The position numbers were made by a program, and so were the translations under genes. A stretch of 58,426 bases of DNA, from positions 1-58,426 of the IMG/VR virus record IMGVR_UViG_3300011114_000309. One strand, written 5' to 3'. Positions 33,886 through 42,516 of this stretch are shown piece by piece (the first letter of the stretch is position 1; each line of letters opens with the position of its first letter). Under the pieces are notes generated by a model that was given only the letters and a program-made list of their open reading frames with translations, ran no database searches and was not told where the DNA came from. This stretch comes from a virus. Lineage: Duplodnaviria; Caudoviricetes.

Positions 33886-34737
33886 GTGAGAGATTTAACT
33901 ATCGGCATGGCGGTGTATGAAGATTTTGATGGCGTTTATTTCACTATTCAGGCTCTTCGTTATTATCACCAAGATGCCGATGTCTCTCGCATTAAATACC
34001 TTGTTATTGATAACTGTGTAAATGGCACTCACTCAAAACACATTGAGAACTTTCTAAAGTCTTATGTTCCAAACAGCAAATATATAAACACAGACAAGAT
34101 AAAAGGAACGGCTGTTAGGGATTTAATATTTGAAGAGGCTGATACCGAATATGTGATGTGTTTAGACTCACATGTTTTACTAGAGCCTGGTTCAGTTAAA
34201 AGACTTTTGGAATATTACGATCTAAATCAAGACACAAAAGATTTACTACAAGGACCGCTTGTACACGACGACATTTATTCAATGTCTACTCATTTCGAGC
34301 CTCAATGGAATGAAGGGATGTTTGGCGTATGGGGTTTTGATGAACGAGCAAGAAATAAAGATGGCGAACCTTTTGATATACCTGCACAAGGCCTTGGATT
34401 ATTCACATGTAAAAAGGACGCATGGTTAGGGTTTAATAGAAACTTCAAAGGTTTTGGTGGAGAAGAGTTTTATATACATGAAAAATTCCGCCAAGCAGGG
34501 AATCGAACATTATGCCTTCCGTTTTTAAGATGGATACATAGGTTTGGCAGACCCAACGGGACGAAATATAACAACGTGTGGGAAGACAGAATAAGAAATT
34601 ATGTAATAGGGTGGTTAGAAATAGGTCGTCCGATAGAAGATATTCAAGAGCACTTTTCCAAAATTATTGGGGAAGAGAAAACAAACAAAGTGATTGAAGA
34701 AACGATGAAAGAAATGGACCATGAACTCTGTGTTTGA
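33886..34737 (+). CDS. GT-A fold glycosyltransferase with ppGalNAc-T (GT27)/GT60-type motifs
   Basis: LVIDN, CLDSHV (DxH), PAQGLGLF, GFGGEE, WIHRF. Confidence 0.85.
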   Translation: MRDLTIGMAVYEDFDGVYFTIQALRYYHQDADVSRIKYLVIDNCVNGTHSKHIENFLKSYVPNSKYINTDKIKGTAVRDLIFEEADTEYVMCLDSHVLLEPGSVKRLLEYYDLNQDTKDLLQGPLVHDDIYSMSTHFEPQWNEGMFGVWGFDERARNKDGEPFDIPAQGLGLFTCKKDAWLGFNRNFKGFGGEEFYIHEKFRQAGNRTLCLPFLRWIHRFGRPNGTKYNNVWEDRIRNYVIGWLEIGRPIEDIQEHFSKIIGEEKTNKVIEETMKEMDHELCV

Positions 34738-34915
34738 TTTACTTCAAAAGAAAATACAAGACCGCATTCAAAATTTGAATGAGTCTGTGAGCAACGGCTC
34801 GGCAAAAGATTATGCCGAGTACCGAGAACTGTGCGGCGTTATCCGAGGTCTACGATCTGCACAGATGGAAATACAAGACCTTGAGAGTCGTATAAAGGAA
34901 GATGAAGATGAGTGA
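34721..34915 (+). CDS. Small head-module protein
   Basis: GSAKDYAEYRELCGVIRGL; between portal and GroES-like genes. Confidence 0.75.
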   Translation: MNSVFDLLQKKIQDRIQNLNESVSNGSAKDYAEYRELCGVIRGLRSAQMEIQDLESRIKEDEDE

Positions 34916-35309
34916 GTTACTAATCTCCCAAGATGGAGAGTCGGCAACAACGTTGCCTGAGACGGCAGAAGAAAAGGCAAAGCAGTTGCCTGAACCTTCT
35001 ACCTATCATGTGTTGTGTGTACTTCCCGAAGTGGATGAGGAGTACGACAGTGGACTAGTTAAGGCTGGATCGACTGTGTACTACGAAGAAGTATTATCAC
35101 CAGTTTTGTTTGTCGTAAAACTAGGACCAGATGCGTATAAAGATAAAACGCGTTTTCCTAGCGGACCTTCATGCAAAGTAGGTGACTTTGTTCTTGTTCG
35201 TCCTAACACTGGAACGCGAATCAAGATTCACGGTAAAGAGTTTCGGATCATTAATGATGATTCGGTTGAAGCCGTTGTTCAAGATCCTCGCGGCATTTCG
35301 AGAGCATAG
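34902..35309 (+). CDS. groES: GroES-like co-chaperonin
   Basis: VVKLGPDAY...CKVGDFVL...GTRIKIHGKEFRIINDDSVEAVV. Confidence 0.85.
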   Translation: MKMSELLISQDGESATTLPETAEEKAKQLPEPSTYHVLCVLPEVDEEYDSGLVKAGSTVYYEEVLSPVLFVVKLGPDAYKDKTRFPSGPSCKVGDFVLVRPNTGTRIKIHGKEFRIINDDSVEAVVQDPRGISRA

Positions 35310-35317
35310 GAGGAGAT

Positions 35318-36211
35318 ATGAGCGAAGAATACAAGTTTCCTGACGAGAAGGAAGAGAAGATTGAAGTTGAGGTGGAGGGTGATGTAGAGGTTGAAATCGT
35401 CGAAGACGAAAAGCCTAAGTACCCAAAGCTTCGTGAAGATCCAAAACCTCTTGATGACTCAGAAGTAAAAGAGTACAGCGATAGAGTCAAACAACGGATT
35501 GATCATCTCTATAAAGGATACAAAACCGAAAAGAGTCGTGCTGAAGAAGCGGAACGTGCCAAGGAAGAAGCGTTTCGTGTAGCCCAGGCTATTGCCGAAG
35601 AGAACAAAAAACTAAAAAGTTCTTTATCGGAAGGGCAACAGGCTTTACTTGAGCAGGCTAAGAAAACGGTAGCCAAGGAGGTAGAAGACGCCAAGAAGAA
35701 ATACACGGAGGCGTATGAATCTGGCGACAGTGATCGATTAGTTTCGGCTCATGAAGAGTTAACTTCAGCCAAAATAAAGTTGGAACGAGTTAATAACTTT
35801 AGGCCGACTAGACAAGAGCCTGAAAAAGAAGTACATATTGAGGCACCGAGGGTTGATCCTAAAGCCGAATCATGGAAAAAGGATAATCCCTGGTTTGGCT
35901 CAGACGATGAAATGACTGGGTTTGTCTTGGCGTATCACTCCAAGCTCATTAAGCAAGGCGTCGATGCATCGTCTGATGAGTACTACGAGAAACTAAATAC
36001 TCGTATGAGACAAGTGTTCCCGGAATACTTTGACGCCGAGGAACCACCTGAAAGAGTTCAGCGTTCAGTTAAGTCAAATGTGGCACCTGCTACGCGCAGC
36101 ACAGCCCCTAAAAAGGTAAAGCTGACACAGAAACAGGTTGATTATGCTAATCGCTACAAGATACCTCTTGAGGTATATGCACGCGAAGTGGCAAAACTAC
36201 AAAGGAATTGA
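35318..36211 (+). CDS. Putative capsid scaffolding protein
   Basis: Acidic N-terminus, long coiled coil, NPWF motif; upstream of capsid genes. Confidence 0.7.
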   Translation: MSEEYKFPDEKEEKIEVEVEGDVEVEIVEDEKPKYPKLREDPKPLDDSEVKEYSDRVKQRIDHLYKGYKTEKSRAEEAERAKEEAFRVAQAIAEENKKLKSSLSEGQQALLEQAKKTVAKEVEDAKKKYTEAYESGDSDRLVSAHEELTSAKIKLERVNNFRPTRQEPEKEVHIEAPRVDPKAESWKKDNPWFGSDDEMTGFVLAYHSKLIKQGVDASSDEYYEKLNTRMRQVFPEYFDAEEPPERVQRSVKSNVAPATRSTAPKKVKLTQKQVDYANRYKIPLEVYAREVAKLQRN

Positions 36212-36212
36212 G

Positions 36213-36662
36213 ATGGAAAAGCAAGAACGAGGTCAACGCGAGTCAAGAGAAACGGTTGAACGTCCGAAGCAGTGGATGCCGCCGCAGTTATTGCCTGATC
36301 CGACACCGGAGCCTGGGTATAACTTTCGCTGGATTCGTATTAGTACTTTGGGTGAAGCTGATCCACGTCATATTTCTTCCAAGTTACGTGAAGGCTGGGA
36401 ACCTGTTAAAGCTTCGATGCATCCTGAGATTCAGATGATGGCTGGTCAAACCTCGCGGTTTCCAGACAGCATTGAGATCGGTGGTCTATTGCTTTGCAAA
36501 ACACCTTCAGAAATGGTCGGTCAGCGCAATGAGTTTTATCAGAAACAAACTGATGCTCAGATGCAATCTGTAGACAATAACTTCATGCGAGAAAATGACT
36601 CGAGAATGCCGTTGTTTAAAGACCGGCAAAGTAAAGTCACTTTCGGACGTGGAGCTTCTTAA
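36213..36662 (+). CDS. Head-module hypothetical protein
   Basis: FRWIR...LREGWEPV...GGLLLCK; start 36213 after an AAGGA RBS. Confidence 0.75.
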   Translation: MEKQERGQRESRETVERPKQWMPPQLLPDPTPEPGYNFRWIRISTLGEADPRHISSKLREGWEPVKASMHPEIQMMAGQTSRFPDSIEIGGLLLCKTPSEMVGQRNEFYQKQTDAQMQSVDNNFMRENDSRMPLFKDRQSKVTFGRGAS

Positions 36663-36678
36663 ACTTAGGAGTTAAAAG

Positions 36679-37551
36679 ATGGCTTACCCCACTGTTGATG
36701 CTCCATACGGTTTCAAAGCTATTAATGAACTTAATGGCCTACCGTATGCGGGAGCAACCCGACAGATTCCCATCGCAAGTGGCTACACCTCCAGTCTTTT
36801 TTATGGTGATTTAGTCCAACTTACAACCGATGGTACTCTGATCAAAACGTCCTACTCTGCCGCTTCCAGCCCCACTTCAGTGATTGCTGGTCTTATTGGC
36901 GTGTTTGTAGGTTGTTCTTACACCAGCCCTTCAACCGGCCAGAAGTTGTTTGCTCAGTATTTCCCAGCAAACACTGCTGCTAACGACATCCTTGCATTTG
37001 TTGTGGATGATCCGTCTGCACTGTTCCGTGTTGCTATGGTTGGTCAAACCTCTAGCGAAAGCAATACTGCTTCGACCATTGGTTATGCTAATCAGTCGTT
37101 TGTTGGAACCAACGTGTACGCAATTACCGGCGTTGCTGGCAGCACGACCACGGGCAATTCCAAAATGGCAGTATCGGGTGACGGTCCTTCAAATGGTACT
37201 GGTAACGTTCGCGTTGCTTCAAGTTCGTTGCCGTTCCGTGTTGTTGCTATTGTTCCTGAGACGGCATACACCGTTAATGGAACGGGATCTTCGTCCAGCA
37301 CGACGATCACACTCGCAGCTGCTGTAACGGGCCTTCAAGCAGGTATGCAGGTTGTTTGCCCTGCCGCTACTGCTGGTGGAACGCCTGGTGACTATAACTA
37401 TGTCACCAATGTTAACGGCACTTCTGTAACGGTGGCTAAGACTTTGACAGCCGCTTCTGGTTCTTCGTTTAGCTTCGTTGGCTACCCTGAAGTTCTTGTG
37501 AAGTGGAACCAAGGTTGGCATAGCTATCAGTTCGCTACCGCACTTGCGTAA
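36679..37551 (+). CDS. Putative capsid decoration/minor head protein
   Basis: Beta-rich protein immediately upstream of the major capsid gene. Confidence 0.7.
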   Translation: MAYPTVDAPYGFKAINELNGLPYAGATRQIPIASGYTSSLFYGDLVQLTTDGTLIKTSYSAASSPTSVIAGLIGVFVGCSYTSPSTGQKLFAQYFPANTAANDILAFVVDDPSALFRVAMVGQTSSESNTASTIGYANQSFVGTNVYAITGVAGSTTTGNSKMAVSGDGPSNGTGNVRVASSSLPFRVVAIVPETAYTVNGTGSSSSTTITLAAAVTGLQAGMQVVCPAATAGGTPGDYNYVTNVNGTSVTVAKTLTAASGSSFSFVGYPEVLVKWNQGWHSYQFATALA

Positions 37552-37563
37552 AGGGGAAACTAA

Positions 37564-38472
37564 ATGGCTATTTCACGCGCACAACTACTGAAAGAGCTTC
37601 TCCCCGGCCTGAACGCACTGTTCGGTCTGGAGTATGCTCGTTATGGTGAAGAGCATAAGGAGATTTACGAAACTGAATCTTCTGAACGTTCTTTTGAAGA
37701 AGAAACCAAGCTGTCTGGCTTCAGTGCCGCACCGGTCAAACCGGAAGGCAGTGCGATTGCTTATGACAACGCACAAGAAGCATGGACCGCAAGGTATAAC
37801 CACGAAACCATTGCTATGGGCTTTTCGATCACCGAAGAGGCCGTGGAAGATAACCTGTACGACAGCCTGTCGTCGCGTTATACCAAAGCATTGGCTCGTG
37901 CCATGGCTTACACCAAACAGGTGAAGGCAGCAGCAGTTCTGAACAATGGCTTTAATTCGGCAGTTACCTACGGTGACGGCCAGCCCTTGTTCTCAACGGC
38001 TCATCCCCTCATCTCTGGTGGCACCAACAGCAACACGCCGTCTACCGCTGCTGACTTGAACGAAACGTCGTTGGAAAACGCCGTCATTCAAATCGCAGGC
38101 TGGACTGACGAACGTGGTCTGTTGATCGCAGCCAAGCCACGCAAGTTGGTAGTCCCCCCGAACCTCATGTTTACGGCAACCCGTTTGCTGCAAACCGAGC
38201 TTCGTGTGGCTACGGCAGACAACGATGTGAATGCACTGAAGATGATGGGTTCAATCCCTGAAGGCTATACAGTCAATCACTTCTTGACTGACACCAACGC
38301 CTGGTTCCTCACCACCGATGTTCCCAACGGATTGAAGCACTTTGTGCGTACACCGTTGAGTACGTCAATGGATGGTGATTTCGACACCGGAAATGTCAGA
38401 TATAAAAGTCGTGAACGCTACTCTTTCGGAGTCTCGGATCCGCTTGGTATCTTCGGTTCTCCCGGAGCATGA
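37564..38472 (+). CDS. Major capsid protein (Mu-like gpT family)
   Basis: MAISRAQLLKELLPGLNALFG...DFDTGNVRYK.RERYSFG; strong RBS; followed by a terminator. Confidence 0.93.
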   Translation: MAISRAQLLKELLPGLNALFGLEYARYGEEHKEIYETESSERSFEEETKLSGFSAAPVKPEGSAIAYDNAQEAWTARYNHETIAMGFSITEEAVEDNLYDSLSSRYTKALARAMAYTKQVKAAAVLNNGFNSAVTYGDGQPLFSTAHPLISGGTNSNTPSTAADLNETSLENAVIQIAGWTDERGLLIAAKPRKLVVPPNLMFTATRLLQTELRVATADNDVNALKMMGSIPEGYTVNHFLTDTNAWFLTTDVPNGLKHFVRTPLSTSMDGDFDTGNVRYKSRERYSFGVSDPLGIFGSPGA

Positions 38473-38480
38473 CCCATATA

Positions 38481-38493
38481 AATCAATCACTTA
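38481..38493. promoter_or_regulatory. IHF consensus match
   Basis: AATCAATCACTTA fits WATCAANNNNTTR. Confidence 0.35.
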
Positions 38494-38504
38494 GATTGGT
38501 TTAG

Positions 38505-38530
38505 AACCCCGCTTAGGCGGGGTTTTTTAT
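38505..38530 (+). terminator. Rho-independent terminator after the capsid gene
   Basis: AACCCCGC-TTAG-GCGGGGTT-TTTT. Confidence 0.92.
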
Positions 38531-38536
38531 TGTCTA

Positions 38537-38565
38537 TTGACATCAGAGGTTCCAAGCGGTACATT
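38537..38565 (+). promoter_or_regulatory. sigma70 promoter of the homing endonuclease gene
   Basis: TTGACA-N17-TACATT. Confidence 0.75.
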
Positions 38566-38598
38566 ACGAAGACAGTTTTATATCGCAAGGAGAAGTGT

Positions 38599-39519
38599 AT
38601 GTCGCAGGTCATCTACAAAATTATCAATCTTGTAAACAACAAGTTTTATATAGGAAGCACGACAAATAAAAAGGTAAGGTTTCGCCAGCACCGAAAGTTG
38701 TTGAGAGGCAATCGACATCATTGCAAACACCTTCAGGCGTCTTGGAACAAATACGGCGAAAACAAATTTGAGTTTGTTGTAGTTGAAGAAGTGCCACAAG
38801 AGATAGAACTTTGGAAAGTAGAGGACAAATGGTTGCAGCAACATGTTGGAAAAGAACATTGTTATAACAGCGGCTATGCTGCGGTGGCCCCTTGGCGTGG
38901 CGTAGTTGGCAAAAAGCATCCAAAATTTGGGGTTACCGTTACTCCATTACAGAAAGAACAAATCTCTAAGACTCTTAAAGATTTTTACGCAGCCGACTAC
39001 TTTAATCACCCTCGAGTTGGTAAGAAACATTCGGAAGAAACTCGTCAAAAGATAAGGCAAAACAGAACGCCAACAAGCGGCGAGAACCATTACCGCTACG
39101 GCAAGACCCTTTCCGAAGAAGTAAAGAAAAAGATTGGTGATGCACAAAGAGGCAAACCAAAAGCACCAGGTAGGAAAGTGTCAGAAGAAGGCTTGAAAAA
39201 AATCAGGCGAAATATTGAGGAAGGCCGCAGCCATAAATCTTTTTTAGGTAAGAAACATACAGACGAAACTAAATTGAAAATGAGAAAGCCAGTTTTTGCT
39301 ATGCCGGAAGGCATCCTCTTTCCTAGCCTTACAGAAGTGCTTTCATGTTACGACATACCTATGCCAACGCTTCGTCGCGCCTTAGCTTCGGGCAACCCAA
39401 TAAGCAAAGGCAAACTAAAGGGTTACACTTTTACTTACGCAGGAAAGGATGCAAGGCCAACAGAAAACGACCTTGCGTTAATCAAAGCCAAACGCATTGA
39501 CACCACCTCTATAAACTGA
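38599..39519 (+). CDS. Free-standing GIY-YIG homing endonuclease with NUMOD3 repeats
   Basis: VIYKIINLVNNKFYIGST...R; GKKHSEETRQKI, GKTLSEEVKKKI, GKKHTDETKLKM repeats; AGGAG RBS before ATG 38599. Confidence 0.92.
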   Translation: MSQVIYKIINLVNNKFYIGSTTNKKVRFRQHRKLLRGNRHHCKHLQASWNKYGENKFEFVVVEEVPQEIELWKVEDKWLQQHVGKEHCYNSGYAAVAPWRGVVGKKHPKFGVTVTPLQKEQISKTLKDFYAADYFNHPRVGKKHSEETRQKIRQNRTPTSGENHYRYGKTLSEEVKKKIGDAQRGKPKAPGRKVSEEGLKKIRRNIEEGRSHKSFLGKKHTDETKLKMRKPVFAMPEGILFPSLTEVLSCYDIPMPTLRRALASGNPISKGKLKGYTFTYAGKDARPTENDLALIKAKRIDTTSIN

Positions 39520-39525
39520 TAAAAC
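39497..39525 (+). promoter_or_regulatory. Candidate promoter at the end of the endonuclease gene
   Basis: TTGACA-N17-TAAAAC with TGn extension. Confidence 0.55.
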
Positions 39526-39532
39526 CATACTA

Positions 39533-39608
39533 TTCCGGGGTTATCCGGTGTATTAGACAGTCCCGGCTGACGAACATGCAGACTAATACACCGTATCGCA
39601 TGTAAGGA
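39533..39608 (+). ncRNA. Double-pseudoknot RNA, probably the Mu-gpT-DE motif
   Basis: CCGGG/CCCGG, CGGTGTATTAG/CTAATACACCG and ACATGC/GCATGT interleaved; downstream of a Mu-gpT-type capsid gene. Confidence 0.7.
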
Positions 39609-39613
39609 ATGAA

Positions 39614-39979
39614 ATGGCTAACACCACATTTACTGGTCCAGTTAGATCGGTTGCTGGATTCCAAGATATTTCAGTTAATGCCACGACGGGTGCTGTCACT
39701 GTTGACGCTACGTTTGCTGCTGCCACTTCTGTCGCTTCGCTTTCTGCCACGGGGAATGTTACTGCTGATAGCGGTACTGCTCCTGCTGCTGGCGGTATGG
39801 CAGCGTTCTTAATGTCTTCCACCGCTAACCTAGGTATTTTTGTAGGTTCTGGCGCGCCGACAATATCGGCAGCTCAAGGGTCGTTGTATCTCCGCACTGA
39901 TGGGTCTTCGACCAGTACTCGCGCCTACATCAATACGGACGGTGCTACGACTTGGACTGCTATCACGACCGCAGCCTAA
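39614..39979 (+). CDS. Putative head fibre/decoration protein
   Basis: MANTTFTGPVRS; GSGAPT.SAAQGSLYLRTDG module. Confidence 0.7.
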   Translation: MANTTFTGPVRSVAGFQDISVNATTGAVTVDATFAAATSVASLSATGNVTADSGTAPAAGGMAAFLMSSTANLGIFVGSGAPTISAAQGSLYLRTDGSSTSTRAYINTDGATTWTAITTAA

Positions 39980-39992
39980 TTAGGAGTGCATC

Positions 39993-40574
39993 ATGGGGAT
40001 GCAATATGATGTATGGTCGGTAAAGATTAGATCTAGTGCTAATTTTTATGTGACCTCCGTGACGCCTTCAGGGGCTGGTGCTTTGTCAATGGTAAAGAAC
40101 CAGCCAGGTATCAATGGGTATGGATATAAAGTATCCATCACTGGTGGTTCAAACGAGTCAGGCAAGACTTTTACGATTGTTGGCAAGACGGTTGCTGGAA
40201 ATACGGTGACTGAAGTTGTTACTGGTCCTAATGCCACAACGGTTTACAGTTCTAACTACTTTGCGTTTGTCACGTCTGTAACGGTAAGTGCTGCGACTAC
40301 TGGCGCAATTACGGTAGGTTATGGCGGCGCATTAGCTTTACCGCCGACGCGGATCAAAGGACTGTATTACTTAGCCAGTGCTACCGCAGGTACGGTGGTT
40401 GTAACAAGAAACAGTGATTCACAAATCTTGTTAGAAATTGACACCCCTGCTTCAGCCACTCAAGTAAATAGCTTATACATGGCGGCTGAAGGCATTCGTA
40501 CTGCGTACAGTAATAACGACTTTGCAATCGTTACGCCTACAGATGTCACGGCAGTGACACTGATCTGCGGATAA
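39993..40574 (+). CDS. Putative virion structural protein
   Basis: Beta-rich, AGGAG RBS, late operon. Confidence 0.65.
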   Translation: MGMQYDVWSVKIRSSANFYVTSVTPSGAGALSMVKNQPGINGYGYKVSITGGSNESGKTFTIVGKTVAGNTVTEVVTGPNATTVYSSNYFAFVTSVTVSAATTGAITVGYGGALALPPTRIKGLYYLASATAGTVVVTRNSDSQILLEIDTPASATQVNSLYMAAEGIRTAYSNNDFAIVTPTDVTAVTLICG

Positions 40575-40577
40575 ACC

Positions 40578-40832
40578 ATGGCTAAGACACCGGCTTGGCA
40601 AAGAAAAGAAGGAAAATCCGAGAAGGGTGGATTAAATGCCAAAGGAAGGGCTTCATATAACGCAGCCAATCCGGGAAAGCCGGGACTTAAGCCACCTCAA
40701 CCAGAGGGTGGATCCCGTAAGAAATCATTCTGTGCCAGGATGGAAGGAATGAAAAAAAAGCTTACGTCGGCTAAAACCGCTAATGACCCAAACAGCCGTA
40801 TTAATAAATCGTTAAGGGCTTGGAAGTGTTAG
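40578..40832 (+). CDS. Small basic protein (RKKSFCARM family)
   Basis: GGLNAKGRASYN...RKKSFCARM...SLRAWKC. Confidence 0.75.
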   Translation: MAKTPAWQRKEGKSEKGGLNAKGRASYNAANPGKPGLKPPQPEGGSRKKSFCARMEGMKKKLTSAKTANDPNSRINKSLRAWKC

Positions 40833-41084
40833 ATGGAAACTGGTACGCTGATTTGGAATTTAATCACTTCTTTTTTAGTGGGGCTGGTGATGTTCATGTT
40901 GAAGAATTCTTCTGATGAACAGAAACGTATCCAGATCCTATTAAATAGAACTCGGGAGGAAATTGCCCGTGATCACATCACTCGTGCAGAAGTTCGTGCG
41001 GATCTTGAAAAAATTATGGAACGATTTGACTCAGGCTTTGAACGGCTTGAAGCAAAAATTGATGCCCTCGCTAAGAAAGGATGA
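40833..41084 (+). CDS. Small membrane-anchored coiled-coil protein
   Basis: N-terminal hydrophobic helix; LLNRTREE...RLEAKID. Confidence 0.7.
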   Translation: METGTLIWNLITSFLVGLVMFMLKNSSDEQKRIQILLNRTREEIARDHITRAEVRADLEKIMERFDSGFERLEAKIDALAKKG

Positions 41085-41308
41085 TCATGTCAGTGACAAA
41101 TAATGTACCCAGCCCACCAGATATGGCATCGTCTGAATACGATCCACGTCTTGCACCTAAGAAGCCTATGCCAAAACCAAAACCCAAGCCTGTTAAAAAA
41201 GCAGAATTGGAAGTAGAAGTGGCAACCGCTAAGAATGGTGGTTATGTCAAAGCAGCCGACGGATGCGTCAAGAAAGGACGTACTCGTGGCACGATGGTAA
41301 AGATGTAA
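41081..41308 (+). CDS. Small basic protein
   Basis: AKNGG and ADGCVKKGRTRG motifs. Confidence 0.7.
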   Translation: MIMSVTNNVPSPPDMASSEYDPRLAPKKPMPKPKPKPVKKAELEVEVATAKNGGYVKAADGCVKKGRTRGTMVKM

Positions 41309-41709
41309 TGCCACCTGTTTCTGAAAAACAGAAACGTTTCATGCAGGCGGTGGCACATAGCCCATCGTTTGCAAAGAAGGTTGGTGTTCCAATGTCAGTA
41401 GGAAAAGAGTTCACTAAAAAGGATGGTGGTGAAGTGAAAGAATCCAAAGCAATGGTCAAGAAGGAAGTTGGCTTTATGAAAGCCAAAGGCGCGCCAAAGT
41501 CCATGATCAAACATGAGATGGAAGAAATGAAAGGCATGAAGCGTGGTGGTAAAGCTTATGCTGCTGGCGGTCTAGCTGCTGGTCATAAGGCTGCCGACGG
41601 CATCGCCAAGAAAGGTAAGACCCGTGGCATGGAAGTAACCATGAAAGGTTCTACCGGCATGAAGGCTGGCGGTAAGGTCAAGAAAATGAACTACGGCGGG
41701 AAATGCTGA
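41308..41709 (+). CDS. Small basic Lys/Met-rich protein
   Basis: Start MPPVSEKQKRFM; several xxGG motifs; ADGIAKKGKTRG. Confidence 0.75.
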   Translation: MPPVSEKQKRFMQAVAHSPSFAKKVGVPMSVGKEFTKKDGGEVKESKAMVKKEVGFMKAKGAPKSMIKHEMEEMKGMKRGGKAYAAGGLAAGHKAADGIAKKGKTRGMEVTMKGSTGMKAGGKVKKMNYGGKC

Positions 41710-41710
41710 G

Positions 41711-41989
41711 ATGATGGCTTCTCGTGGGATGGGGGCAATCATGCCTTCCAAAATGCCCACGGCTCGGCGTAAGAAGCGTCGGGACGATACGGACTTCATA
41801 GCCTTTGCAGAAGGCGGTGAGTCTCGTGTCAATGAAGCAGGAAACTACACTAAGCCTGGGATGCGTAAAGCATTGTTCAACAGCATCAAAGCTGGTGGCA
41901 AAGGTGGATCGCCTGGGCAGTGGTCAGCTCGTAAAGCACAGATGCTTGCTATGAAGTACAAGCAGCGTGGTGGAGGTTACCGTGACTAG
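41711..41989 (+). CDS. Small basic protein
   Basis: SRGMGA, FAEGG, GQWSARKAQMLA..YK..GGGY. Confidence 0.75.
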   Translation: MMASRGMGAIMPSKMPTARRKKRRDDTDFIAFAEGGESRVNEAGNYTKPGMRKALFNSIKAGGKGGSPGQWSARKAQMLAMKYKQRGGGYRD

Positions 41990-42248
41990 TTCGTATTTAA
42001 GTAGGTATTTAAAAAATGAGAAAAACGCTTTAACCCCTAATAAACCGGGGGATACGAAGCTAAAAACGTTTTACTTAGATAAAGAAGGTAACCAAGTAGA
42101 AAAAACAATTAGCCCCCCTCCAAAAGATAAAGAAGATTACCCAGAGGATGATCGAGGCGCATATAAAAAAGGCGGTAAAGTAGGTTCTGCTTCCAAACGT
42201 GCTGATGGTATAGCGCAGCGCGGCAAGACTCGTGGAAGGGTGGTGTAA
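41982..42248 (+). CDS. Small basic protein
   Basis: YKKGG...ADGIAQRGKTRG; probable GTG start. Confidence 0.65.
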   Translation: MTSSYLSRYLKNEKNALTPNKPGDTKLKTFYLDKEGNQVEKTISPPPKDKEDYPEDDRGAYKKGGKVGSASKRADGIAQRGKTRGRVV

Positions 42249-42249
42249 T

Positions 42250-42516
42250 ATGGCACGGTTTCCAGATCTAAATAAAGATGGCGAAGTAACCCAAGCTGAC
42301 ATTCTTAAAGGTCGTGGGGTTTACAAAAAAGGTGGTATGGCTAAAGGTGGTAAGTGGATTCAGTCAGCCATCAAGAAGCCTGGAGCCTTACGCGCACAGC
42401 TTGGTGTCAAAGACGACAAACCGATTCCAGCAGCTAAGTTAGCTAAGGCAGCAAAAGCGCCAGGTAAGTTGGGTCAACGAGCAAGACTGGCGCAGACTTT
42501 AAAGAAGATGAAGTGA
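42250..42516 (+). CDS. Small basic protein with EF-hand-like loop
   Basis: DLNKDGEVTQAD; WIQSAIKKPGALR. Confidence 0.7.
   Translation: MARFPDLNKDGEVTQADILKGRGVYKKGGMAKGGKWIQSAIKKPGALRAQLGVKDDKPIPAAKLAKAAKAPGKLGQRARLAQTLKKMK

Noticed and set aside
38473-39610. Group I intron carrying the GIY-YIG gene
   Set aside because: The MCP ends intact with a stop and terminator, the next gene has its own RBS, and I saw no intron core; the endonuclease gene is free-standing.
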